From contig CAKQHZ010000001.1 of assembly GCA_934246625.1 (NCBI GenBank), positions 30,001-62,000 of the forward strand: a DNA stretch of 32,000 nt, in the 5' to 3' direction. This document shows, in pieces, positions 24,399 through 32,000 of the stretch. The position numbers and the translations under genes were made by a program. How positions within the stretch are numbered: position 1 is the stretch's first letter; each line of letters opens with the position of its first letter. The stretch comes from an uncultured Alphaproteobacteria bacterium. GTDB lineage: Bacteria; Pseudomonadota; Alphaproteobacteria; Rs-D84; CACZYB01. The notes beneath the pieces were generated by a model. That model did no database searches. It was not told where the DNA came from and saw only the letters and a list, made by a program, of their open reading frames with translations.

Positions 24399-26020
24399 TT
24401 TAAACAAGCCTTTACCAAAGCATCAAATATTGGTGATGGAGCAAATGGTCTTGATTTAAACTCTGGGTGGAATTGACCAGCAATAAAGAATTTATGTGAT
24501 GGTATTTCAATTATTTCAGGAAGTTTTCCATCGGGTGAACGACCACTTATAATTACACCCTTTTCCTTTAATGCTTCTTCATAACCAATATTCATTTCAT
24601 AACGATGACGATGGCGTTCTTCTATTTCAGTAGAGCCATAAATATGCTCTGCTAAAGTATTTGGAGTAATTTTACATTTATAGCTTCCAAGTCGCAATGT
24701 GCCACCCTTGTCTGTGTTTTCATCACGAATTTCCTTTACACCATTATTTTCCCATTCTGTAATAAGAGAAATTATTGGAGTGCAGTCCTTTGTAAATTCA
24801 GTTGAGTTTGCATCTTTTATGCCAAGCAAGTGTCTTGCCATTTCGATAACAGCAACTTGCATACCAAGACAAATTCCAAGATATGGAATATTATGAGTTC
24901 TTGCATATTCGGCTGTTTTAATCTTACCTTCGACACCACGATGACCGAAACCTCCTGGAACAATAATACCATTTACATCAGAAAATGTTTTATCAAGTTC
25001 AGCTTCGTTCATTTTTTCAACATCTTCGGCATTTATCCATTTTATATTGACCTTTGTTTTATTGCCAATACCAGCATGATAAATTGCTTCGTTTAATGAT
25101 TTATAAGCATCAGGAAAACCACAATATTTTGCAACTATACCAATAGTAATATGGAAATCCCAATTGCCGATAATATTTTGAATTTTATTCCATTTATCAA
25201 AATTTGGTTTTGGTGATTTTTCAAGCATATCGAAATATGCCAAAATTCTGTCGTCTAAACCTTCTCTATGATAAATTGATGGAATTTTATAAATGCTGTC
25301 AACATCTGGGGCTGAAATAACATCTTCCTGTTTTACATTACAAAACATTGCTATTTTTCTTTTTTCACCCTCTGGAATTGGGTTATCACTTCTGCAAAGT
25401 ATTACATTAGGAAAAAGCCCTAACTCTAACAATTTACGAACAGATTGTTGTGTAGGTTTAGTTTTTACTTCAGATGCAGTTTTAATATATGGAACAAGTG
25501 TTAAGTGAACAAGCATTGCGTTTTCACGACCAACTTGATTGATAAATTGGCGAACACCTTCCAAAAGCAAAAGACCTTCTATATCACCAACGGTTCCACC
25601 TATTTCATAAATAACAAAATCTTCACCATGCAAGTCAGATTCGATAAAGTGCTTTACCTCGTCTGTGATATGAGGAATTGCTTGGACGGTGGCACCAAGG
25701 TATTCACCTTGTCTTTCCTTTGTTAAGACATTCCAATAAATACGACCGCCTGAAATACTATCACTTTTGTGGCAAGAAGTTCCTGTAAATCTTTCATAAT
25801 GTCCCAAATCCAAATCGGTTTCGGCACCATCATCTGTTACAAAAACTTCGCCGTGTTGAAATGGGCTCATTGTGCCAGGGTCCACATTCAAGTATGGGTC
25901 CATCTTTCTTTGGCGAACGGTATAACCTCTTGCTTGAAGTAATGCACCAATAGATGCGGAAGCAATTCCTTTTCCCAATGATGATACAACACCACCTGTG
26001 ATAAATATAAATTTAGTCAT
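24395..26020 (-). CDS. pyrG: CTP synthase
   Basis: 541 aa. It begins MTKFIFITGGVVSSLGKGI, has the glutaminase domain GICLGMQ, and contains HRHRYE. Confidence 0.97.
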   Translation of the reverse strand: MTKFIFITGGVVSSLGKGIASASIGALLQARGYTVRQRKMDPYLNVDPGTMSPFQHGEVFVTDDGAETDLDLGHYERFTGTSCHKSDSISGGRIYWNVLTKERQGEYLGATVQAIPHITDEVKHFIESDLHGEDFVIYEIGGTVGDIEGLLLLEGVRQFINQVGRENAMLVHLTLVPYIKTASEVKTKPTQQSVRKLLELGLFPNVILCRSDNPIPEGEKRKIAMFCNVKQEDVISAPDVDSIYKIPSIYHREGLDDRILAYFDMLEKSPKPNFDKWNKIQNIIGNWDFHITIGIVAKYCGFPDAYKSLNEAIYHAGIGNKTKVNIKWINAEDVEKMNEAELDKTFSDVNGIIVPGGFGHRGVEGKIKTAEYARTHNIPYLGICLGMQVAVIEMARHLLGIKDANSTEFTKDCTPIISLITEWENNGVKEIRDENTDKGGTLRLGSYKCKITPNTLAEHIYGSTEIEERHRHRYEMNIGYEEALKEKGVIISGRSPDGKLPEIIEIPSHKFFIAGQFHPEFKSRPFAPSPIFDALVKACLK

Positions 26021-26040
26021 ATTCCTTCTCCGTTTATTTG

Positions 26041-26976
26041 TTATCTTGATTTATTTTTTTCGTTTGAATAGTATAAGTCAAAAGTATCATCATTTATGCA
26101 ATTTTGCATTTTTTCAATAAGTATACGAGCCTCTTTTTTCTTTATTGAAATATCACCAACGACATTTACTCTGAACATAAAATTAGATGTGAAGATTTTT
26201 TTGTATTCCAAGGCAACTGATTTTGGAGCGACCTTATATTCCAATCCCTTTATAACATCAAAGTCATCTGATAAAACGATATATTCACCGTTGTCATTGA
26301 TGGAAACACCATTTGTTGTTATTGATAAATCACTTTTTAAATCAAATACAGATGTGTTTATGTTAAGTTCTTTACAGATAGGTTTATTTGCTAAAACATT
26401 ATCTATTTCGTTCGGAAAAATATAAATTTTGCTTGATTTTTTATATCTTTTATCTTTTGATGAAGATTTTGTTTTATTTTTTTGAATATTGCTTAAAAAT
26501 TTAACACCCTGTAAAAAATCACGACTATTTTTAAGTCTATTATAATAAACAGGATTGCGATTTAAAATAACATCACCATAATCAGATAAATATTTGTTCA
26601 CAATATCCAAAATATGAAATTTAAAACTTTTAATAATTTGGCTTGGTGGAGTAATTGCAGGTAAATCATCAAGAAGGACATAATCATCTTCCTTGCAAAT
26701 ATAAAGCATTATGTTTTCTTTCAACATATTCTTTTTATTATGAATATCAATTGTTTCCAAAACGACTGGAGGAAATGGTAATTGACTTTTAAACATATAT
26801 GGTAAGGTATCAATCACCATAAGTTTGCAAATGTGTTCCGTTGATTTCTGATTTCCGAAATAAACTACTTGCCCAGGGTCAGAAGGATAAATATAGACGA
26901 CAAAACGTTCAATACCTTTTGCTTTTTGTTTGTTGATATGTTGAATTTCTTCTTCGTTTAATATATTTCTACGCAT
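26041..26976 (-). CDS. hypothetical protein (311 aa)
   Basis: Clean ORF between rplQ and pyrG. No recognisable domain. Confidence 0.7.
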   Translation of the reverse strand: MRRNILNEEEIQHINKQKAKGIERFVVYIYPSDPGQVVYFGNQKSTEHICKLMVIDTLPYMFKSQLPFPPVVLETIDIHNKKNMLKENIMLYICKEDDYVLLDDLPAITPPSQIIKSFKFHILDIVNKYLSDYGDVILNRNPVYYNRLKNSRDFLQGVKFLSNIQKNKTKSSSKDKRYKKSSKIYIFPNEIDNVLANKPICKELNINTSVFDLKSDLSITTNGVSINDNGEYIVLSDDFDVIKGLEYKVAPKSVALEYKKIFTSNFMFRVNVVGDISIKKKEARILIEKMQNCINDDTFDLYYSNEKNKSR

Positions 26977-27009
26977 CTTACACCCTTTTTTTACTATAGT
27001 TTTTTAAAG

Positions 27010-27035
27010 AATAAAGCCCCCAAAATGGGGGCGTT
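27010..27035 (-). terminator. rho-independent terminator after rplQ
   Basis: The minus strand has a GCCCCC-ATTTT-GGGGGC hairpin followed by TTTATTCTTT. Confidence 0.65.
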
Positions 27036-27041
27036 TAATTC

Positions 27042-27605
27042 TTATTGTCCGATAACTTTTCTGTGAGCTGTAGTTTTTGGAGTTGTTCCACTTGCTCCCT
27101 TCTTAGCTTTTACATCGGTTGCTTTTATATCTTTTGTTGTTTTAATGTTTTCTTTTTTTGAAGCTTTTTCTTTTGGCTCTGCTTCATTTTTTTCATTTTC
27201 CTTTTGTTTTGCAAGGAAATCTTTTTGTCTTAAACCTTTTGCTTTTACATCTCTATCAACAAATTCAATAATTGCCAAAGGAGCACAATCACCATAACGA
27301 AGACCTGCTTTTAATACACGAGTATAACCACCGTTTCTTGAAGCATAACGTTTACCAAGAACATCGAAAAGTTTTTTTACAACTTCTTCTGAACGAAGGA
27401 AAGCAAGAGCTTGTCTTCTTGCAGCTAAAGTATTCTTTTTTGCAAGTGTAATCATTTTATCAGCAAAAGAACGAAGGTCCTTTGCCTTTGGTAAAGTTGT
27501 TGAAATTTGTTCGTGTTCAATTAAAGAACCAGCAAGATTTGAAAATAATGCTTTTCTATGTGATTTTGTGCGGTTTAATTTTCTACCACTCATATTATGT
27601 CTCAT
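27042..27605 (-). CDS. rplQ: 50S ribosomal protein L17 with a Lys-rich C-terminal extension
   Basis: It begins [25 protein letters not shown], followed by a typical L17 core ending near IEFVDRD, then a roughly 65-aa K/E/T-rich tail. Confidence 0.93.
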   Translation of the reverse strand: MRHNMSGRKLNRTKSHRKALFSNLAGSLIEHEQISTTLPKAKDLRSFADKMITLAKKNTLAARRQALAFLRSEEVVKKLFDVLGKRYASRNGGYTRVLKAGLRYGDCAPLAIIEFVDRDVKAKGLRQKDFLAKQKENEKNEAEPKEKASKKENIKTTKDIKATDVKAKKGASGTTPKTTAHRKVIGQ

Positions 27606-27685
27606 TTTGACCTCTTTCTTTTGTTTGTAGTGTTGACAGGCAACACGGATTTTATATTTATATTATCGAATTTCTTCAAATAATA

Positions 27686-27874
27686 TTATTTTTTAGAACC
27701 GTCCATTATTAAGTCAGCACCCAATGCGGTATGAACCATTTGTTCACTTTGCATTTTCGCACCTAATGTTTTAGTTCCTAAAAGAAAAGTACCACTTGCA
27801 ATAGAAAGAATAAGTATTGAAGCAAATATCAATTTAAAAAGACATACCCAAAAACTTTGTTTTTTCTCTGCCAT
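27686..27874 (-). CDS. hypothetical single-TM small protein (62 aa) between rpoA and rplQ
   Basis: The ORF fills most of a 290-bp rpoA-rplQ spacer and has the TM segment FWVCLFKLIFASILILSIASGTFLL. There is no obvious SD, so coding status is uncertain. Confidence 0.35.
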   Translation of the reverse strand: MAEKKQSFWVCLFKLIFASILILSIASGTFLLGTKTLGAKMQSEQMVHTALGADLIMDGSKK

Positions 27875-27895
27875 AGTGATACTTTCTAAAATTTA

Positions 27896-28915
27896 CTATT
27901 TATATGGGTTTTCAAATTTCTTTGAAAGTTCCTCAATATTTTCTGGTGGCCAACCTTGAACGTCCATACCTAAATATAGACCCATAAGTCCAAGTTGTTC
28001 CTTAATTTCATTCAAAGACTTTCTACCAAAGTTTGGTGTCTTTAACATATCGTTTTCTGTCTTTTGAACAAGTTCACCAATATAAACAATATTGTCATTC
28101 TTTAAGCAGTTGTTTGCACGAACTGATAATTCAAGTTCATCAACTTTCTTAAGAAGGATTTTGTTAAATGGAAGCTCTTCTTCAACTTCTTCTTTTTGAA
28201 CGATTTCAGGATCTTCAAAGTTAACAAATAAACCAAGTTGATCTATTAAAATACGTCCAGCAAGAGCAAGAGCATCTTCAGGTTTTACAGCACCATTTGT
28301 TTTAATTGTCATAATAAGTTTATCGTAATCAGTTTTTTGACCAACACGAGCTTGTTCAACATTTGATGCAACATTTAAAACTGGAGAGAAGATTGAGTCA
28401 ACTGGAATATATCCGATTGGCATATCAGGTTTTTTGTTTTCTTCTGCAGTTCTATAACCTTTACCATTTTCAACAAAGAATTCAATATTTAAGTTTGCTG
28501 TGCTGTCAAGATGACAGATAACAAAATCTTTGTTTATAATTTCTGTTTCGCTTGATGTTTCAATCATACCAGCTGTAACAACTTGAGCTCCTTGAGCTTT
28601 TAAAGTCATTTTTTTTGGATGATCAGATTCTGATTTTAAAACAATTTGTTTAATATTCAAAATTAAATCAATAACATCTTCTTTTACACCAGGAATTGAA
28701 CCAAATTCATGTAAAACACCATCAATTTTTACACCAACAACTGCTGTGCCTTGAAGAGATGATAATAAAACTCTACGAAGAGCAGTTCCAAGTGTTAATC
28801 CAAAACCTTTTTCAAGTGGTTCAGCGACGAGAACAGCCATATTTTTGTTTGTGTCTTCTTTTTCAACTATAACCTTTTCTGGCTTTATTAAATCTAACCA
28901 ATTATTTTGTATCAA
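27896..28915 (-). CDS. rpoA: DNA-directed RNA polymerase alpha subunit
   Basis: 339 aa, with [15 protein letters not shown] at the start and a C-terminal domain containing [22 protein letters not shown]. The start codon is apparently TTG. Confidence 0.95.
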   Translation of the reverse strand: MIQNNWLDLIKPEKVIVEKEDTNKNMAVLVAEPLEKGFGLTLGTALRRVLLSSLQGTAVVGVKIDGVLHEFGSIPGVKEDVIDLILNIKQIVLKSESDHPKKMTLKAQGAQVVTAGMIETSSETEIINKDFVICHLDSTANLNIEFFVENGKGYRTAEENKKPDMPIGYIPVDSIFSPVLNVASNVEQARVGQKTDYDKLIMTIKTNGAVKPEDALALAGRILIDQLGLFVNFEDPEIVQKEEVEEELPFNKILLKKVDELELSVRANNCLKNDNIVYIGELVQKTENDMLKTPNFGRKSLNEIKEQLGLMGLYLGMDVQGWPPENIEELSKKFENPYK

Positions 28916-28961
28916 TTTTGCCCCCGTTTGTTTTTTTATTAAATTATATTAGTATAAATAA

Positions 28962-29360
28962 TTATACTCTTCTTGGTTTCTTTGCACGACAACCATTGTG
29001 AGGAATTTTTGTAATATCTGTAATTCCATTGATTGTAATACCCAAAGTTTGAAGTGTTCTTACTGCAGCTTCACGACCAGAACCAGGTCCTTCAAGTTTT
29101 ACATCTAAATAACGGATACCATTTTCCATAGCTTTTCTTCCAGCATTTTCAGCTGTTACTTGTGCAGCATAAGGTGTTGATTTTTTTGCACCATTAAAGT
29201 TATTTGCACCCGCTGTAGACCAAGAAATTACATTACCTTGCATATCTGTAATTGTAATTCTTGTGTTATTAAAAGTAGCAAGAATATAAACGATACCGTT
29301 TGATACATTCTTTTTTTCTTTCTTTTTTGTTGAAAAAGCATTTACTTTATTATTAGCCAT
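28962..29360 (-). CDS. rpsK: 30S ribosomal protein S11
   Basis: It carries the S11 signatures [24 protein letters not shown] and [11 protein letters not shown]. Confidence 0.95.
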   Translation of the reverse strand: MANNKVNAFSTKKKEKKNVSNGIVYILATFNNTRITITDMQGNVISWSTAGANNFNGAKKSTPYAAQVTAENAGRKAMENGIRYLDVKLEGPGSGREAAVRTLQTLGITINGITDITKIPHNGCRAKKPRRV

Positions 29361-29378
29361 TTTTAATTGTTCCCTTTA

Positions 29379-29756
29379 TTATTTTGTAACTTTTTTCTTG
29401 CCAGCTACAGGAATAGCTTTACCTTTTCTTGTTCTTGCATTAGTCTTTGTTCTTTGACCACGAACAGGAAGTTTCTTTGTATGACGAATACCTCTATAAC
29501 ATCTCATATCTTGGAGTTGTTTGATATCCATAGAAACTTCACGACGTTTATCACCTTCTACAGAAAAATTCTTATCAATATATTCACGAATTTTAAAGAT
29601 TTGATCATCTGTTAATTCATGAACACGCATACTTGGTTTTAATTTCAAAGCAGTACAGATTTTTTCTGCTGTTTTTGGTCCAATACCATATATATAAGTT
29701 AATGCTATATTAACACATTTATCGGTGGGAATATTTACACCTGCTATACGAGCCAA
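29379..29756 (-). CDS. rpsM: 30S ribosomal protein S13
   Basis: The sequence contains [19 protein letters not shown] and [14 protein letters not shown]. It has a TTG start with an AAGGAGA SD 7 nt upstream. Confidence 0.95.
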   Translation of the reverse strand: MARIAGVNIPTDKCVNIALTYIYGIGPKTAEKICTALKLKPSMRVHELTDDQIFKIREYIDKNFSVEGDKRREVSMDIKQLQDMRCYRGIRHTKKLPVRGQRTKTNARTRKGKAIPVAGKKKVTK

Positions 29757-29855
29757 ATTAGTTCTCCTTAGTTTATTATTCTTTATTTTTATTCATTTTT
29801 ATACATCAAAAGATGTATATATATTAAGCATATTTTTCAATATGTCAATAATTTT

Positions 29856-30512
29856 TTAAAATAAAAGCCCTTCCAACCTTTTTGTTACTTCTTCTACTGA
29901 AAGGTTAGTTGCTTCTAATTTTACCAACAAATTTTTTCCTTCGTAAAAATCAATCATAGGTTGAACTTCGGAAAAATATTGTTTTAATCTTGTTTTTACA
30001 ATTTCAGGTTTATCATCGTTTCTTCTTGAAAATTCTGTTGAACCACAATTATCACAAACACCATCTACCTTTGGACGATTAAATTCATCATGATAATTTT
30101 TTCCACATTTTGCACATGTAAAACGACCTGAAATTCGACGAATTGTTTCTTCTTCGGTTACTGTTATCAAAACAGCCTTTGATAATTCAATATTAAAATA
30201 TGATAATGTATCTTGAAGAGCATAAACTTGATTTATTGTTCTTGGATATCCATCAAGAATAAACCCCTTTGATAAATCAAGTGTTGATAATTTTTCCTTT
30301 ACAATTTCATTTGTAATTGCATCAGGAACCAAGAATCCATTATCAATTAAATTTTTTACCTTAATACCAAGTTCTGTTTCTGATGAAATAGCATCACGAA
30401 AAATTTGACCAGTTGAAAGGTGATACATTCCATACTTTTCACAAAGTATTTGTGCTTGTGTGCCCTTTCCAGCTGCGATTGGTCCAATAAATGTAAAGAA
30501 TTTGTTTTTCAT
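29856..30512 (-). CDS. adk: adenylate kinase (long form with a four-Cys zinc lid)
   Basis: The P-loop is GPIAAGKGTQ and the lid is CAKCGKNYH...CDNCGS. Confidence 0.95.
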   Translation of the reverse strand: MKNKFFTFIGPIAAGKGTQAQILCEKYGMYHLSTGQIFRDAISSETELGIKVKNLIDNGFLVPDAITNEIVKEKLSTLDLSKGFILDGYPRTINQVYALQDTLSYFNIELSKAVLITVTEEETIRRISGRFTCAKCGKNYHDEFNRPKVDGVCDNCGSTEFSRRNDDKPEIVKTRLKQYFSEVQPMIDFYEGKNLLVKLEATNLSVEEVTKRLEGLLF

Positions 30513-30516
30513 AATT

Positions 30517-31869
30517 TTACCTTACAAATCTTCTTTTTACTTTGTTTGAATTTTTTATAATTCCCTGATATTGACCAGAAATTAAGTATGATTGCACTTG
30601 AGCAACTGTTTCTGTAATAACATTACATACAATCAACAAAGTTGTTCCGCCCAAATAAAATGGAACATTAAATTTATTGATTAAGAAATCAGGAAGCAAG
30701 CATAATACAACCAAATAAATAGAACCTACTACTGTTATTCTTGTCAATACATAATCAAGATATTCAGCAGTTGCCTTACCTGGACGAATACCAGGAATAA
30801 AACTTCCATAAGTTTTTAGGTTTTCCGCAGTTTCTTCTGGATTAAATTGTATTGCTGTATAGAAGAAAGAGAAGAATATTATCAATCCAGCATAAATAAT
30901 AAAGTATACTGAAGATTGTCTATTCAAATGTGTAGCAATAAATTGCAACCATTCTGGTGATTTATCAGAAATAAATGAAGTTAACATTGCAGGAATTGCA
31001 AGAAGTGAACCCGCAAAGATAGGAGGAATTACTCCCGCTGTATTCAACTTTAATGGCAAATGAGAAGAATTAGATTGTCCACCCATACCCATTGTTTGTT
31101 TTGGATAATGGATTAAAATTCTTCTTTGTGCTTGTTCCATAAACACAACAAACAAAACAACAGCTACTAATAAAGCACCCAATATCAACATAACCAAAGG
31201 TTGTATTTGACCAACTTTACCAAGTTCTATTGTTTTTACTATTGCAGATGGAAGGTTAGCAATGATACCTATAAAGATTATAAGTGAAGAACCTTGACCA
31301 ATACCATGTGATGTAATTTGTTCACCCATCCACATAACAAGCATAGTTCCGCCAAGAAGACTTACTATTGTTGAAAACTTAAAAAATGCACCTGGAATAA
31401 TAACAGCAGAAACGCCATCAGTTCCAGCCAAATGTTCAAGTCCAACTGAAATACCATAAGCCTGAATTATACAAATCAAAACAGTTAAATAACGAGTATA
31501 TTGGTTCATTTTTTCACGGCCACTTTCGCCTTCTTTTTTTAATTCCATCAAAGAAGGTGTAATTGTTGCCATCAAAGAAATGATAATAGAAGCTGAAATA
31601 TATGGCATAATGTTTAATGCAAAAATTGTCATTCTTGATAAAGAACCACCTGTGAATACATCAAACATACTTAAAATACCACCATTTGATTGACTATCAA
31701 AAAAGCTCTTAACAATAGAAGCATCTACACCAGGAAGTGGAATAAATGACCCTAATCTATATAAAATAAGAATAAAAAGTGTAAATAAAATTCTACGCTT
31801 TAAATCTTTTGCCTTTTTAAAATCATCAAAAGTAATATTTGATGCTAATTTTTCAGCCAATGAAACCAT
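30517..31869 (-). CDS. secY: preprotein translocase subunit SecY
   Basis: 450-aa polytopic membrane protein with typical SecY sequence (IFALNIMPYISASII, GGTMLVMWMGEQIT). Confidence 0.96.
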   Translation of the reverse strand: MVSLAEKLASNITFDDFKKAKDLKRRILFTLFILILYRLGSFIPLPGVDASIVKSFFDSQSNGGILSMFDVFTGGSLSRMTIFALNIMPYISASIIISLMATITPSLMELKKEGESGREKMNQYTRYLTVLICIIQAYGISVGLEHLAGTDGVSAVIIPGAFFKFSTIVSLLGGTMLVMWMGEQITSHGIGQGSSLIIFIGIIANLPSAIVKTIELGKVGQIQPLVMLILGALLVAVVLFVVFMEQAQRRILIHYPKQTMGMGGQSNSSHLPLKLNTAGVIPPIFAGSLLAIPAMLTSFISDKSPEWLQFIATHLNRQSSVYFIIYAGLIIFFSFFYTAIQFNPEETAENLKTYGSFIPGIRPGKATAEYLDYVLTRITVVGSIYLVVLCLLPDFLINKFNVPFYLGGTTLLIVCNVITETVAQVQSYLISGQYQGIIKNSNKVKRRFVR

Positions 31870-31879
31870 AAGCTACCCC

Positions 31880-32000
31880 TTATTTTGCAGACTTTTTAGC
31901 TATCTTTTTTGCAATTCTTGTTTGTTTTTCTTTTGCTTCTTCTTTTGTTTTTTTAGCTTTTGGAGCTTCTTTTGCAAGAGAAACAACTGAACCACCAACT
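31880..32000 (-). CDS. rplO: 50S ribosomal protein L15, C-terminal end (gene runs off the window end)
   Basis: Own translation is ...VGGSVVSLAKEAPKAKKTKEEAKEKQTRIAKKIAKKSAK*. The call rests on its position upstream of secY and the GGS-V motif typical of the L15 C-terminus. Confidence 0.7.
   Translation of the reverse strand, partial: VGGSVVSLAKEAPKAKKTKEEAKEKQTRIAKKIAKKSAK

Noticed and set aside
1-32000. CRISPR arrays, rRNA genes, IS elements or transposases, and intact integrases.
   Set aside because: No regularly spaced repeats, rRNA-like sequence or DDE, tyrosine or serine recombinase ORFs were seen. Only the possible recombinase-like relic next to tRNA-Arg was noted.

Overview
A 32-kb window from a very AT-rich bacterial chromosome. 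The right end carries rplO(partial)-secY-adk-rpsM-rpsK-rpoA-rplQ with no infA, rpmJ or rpsD in the cluster. From memory this is the alphaproteobacterial arrangement, and the stand-alone HTH protein at 10913 looks alphaproteobacterial too; lineage is an inference. Clear housekeeping genes are tgt (partial), polA, cysS, valS, pyrG, the ribosomal/rpoA cluster, a TspO-family protein and two SIMPL-domain proteins. Between about 3.7 and 15.8 kb lies an accessory mosaic containing:
- tRNA-Arg(ACG), followed by decayed gene remnants.
- A Type III restriction-modification operon (mod ... res) with two tightly coupled unknown genes wedged between mod and res: a 2-TM protein and a small soluble protein.
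- An internally deleted pseudo-copy of the low-molecular-weight phosphotyrosine phosphatase (LMW-PTP) gene; the intact copy lies 3.4 kb further on.
- A lipoprotein gene and a stand-alone Cro/cI-like HTH gene.
- An unknown 371-aa gene preceded by an 88-aa ORF carrying a G10 homopolymer.
- tRNA-Met(CAT) with its own promoter and terminator.
- The intact LMW-PTP gene and gmhB.
- An orphan phage lysis cassette (holin-like, overlapped spanin-like pair, GH24 endolysin) behind a promoter-terminator leader, plus a small HNH endonuclease.

The best candidate for something undescribed is the four-gene mod/TM/small/res operon. Other points of interest are the G10 tract, the lysis-cassette leader architecture, a direct repeat and long hairpin after the HNH gene, and a NUDIX gene with an in-frame TGA where a conserved aromatic (probably Trp) codon is expected. 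No CRISPR array, rRNA, transposase or intact integrase was seen. All calls come from reading the sequence and from motif memory; no database search was possible.
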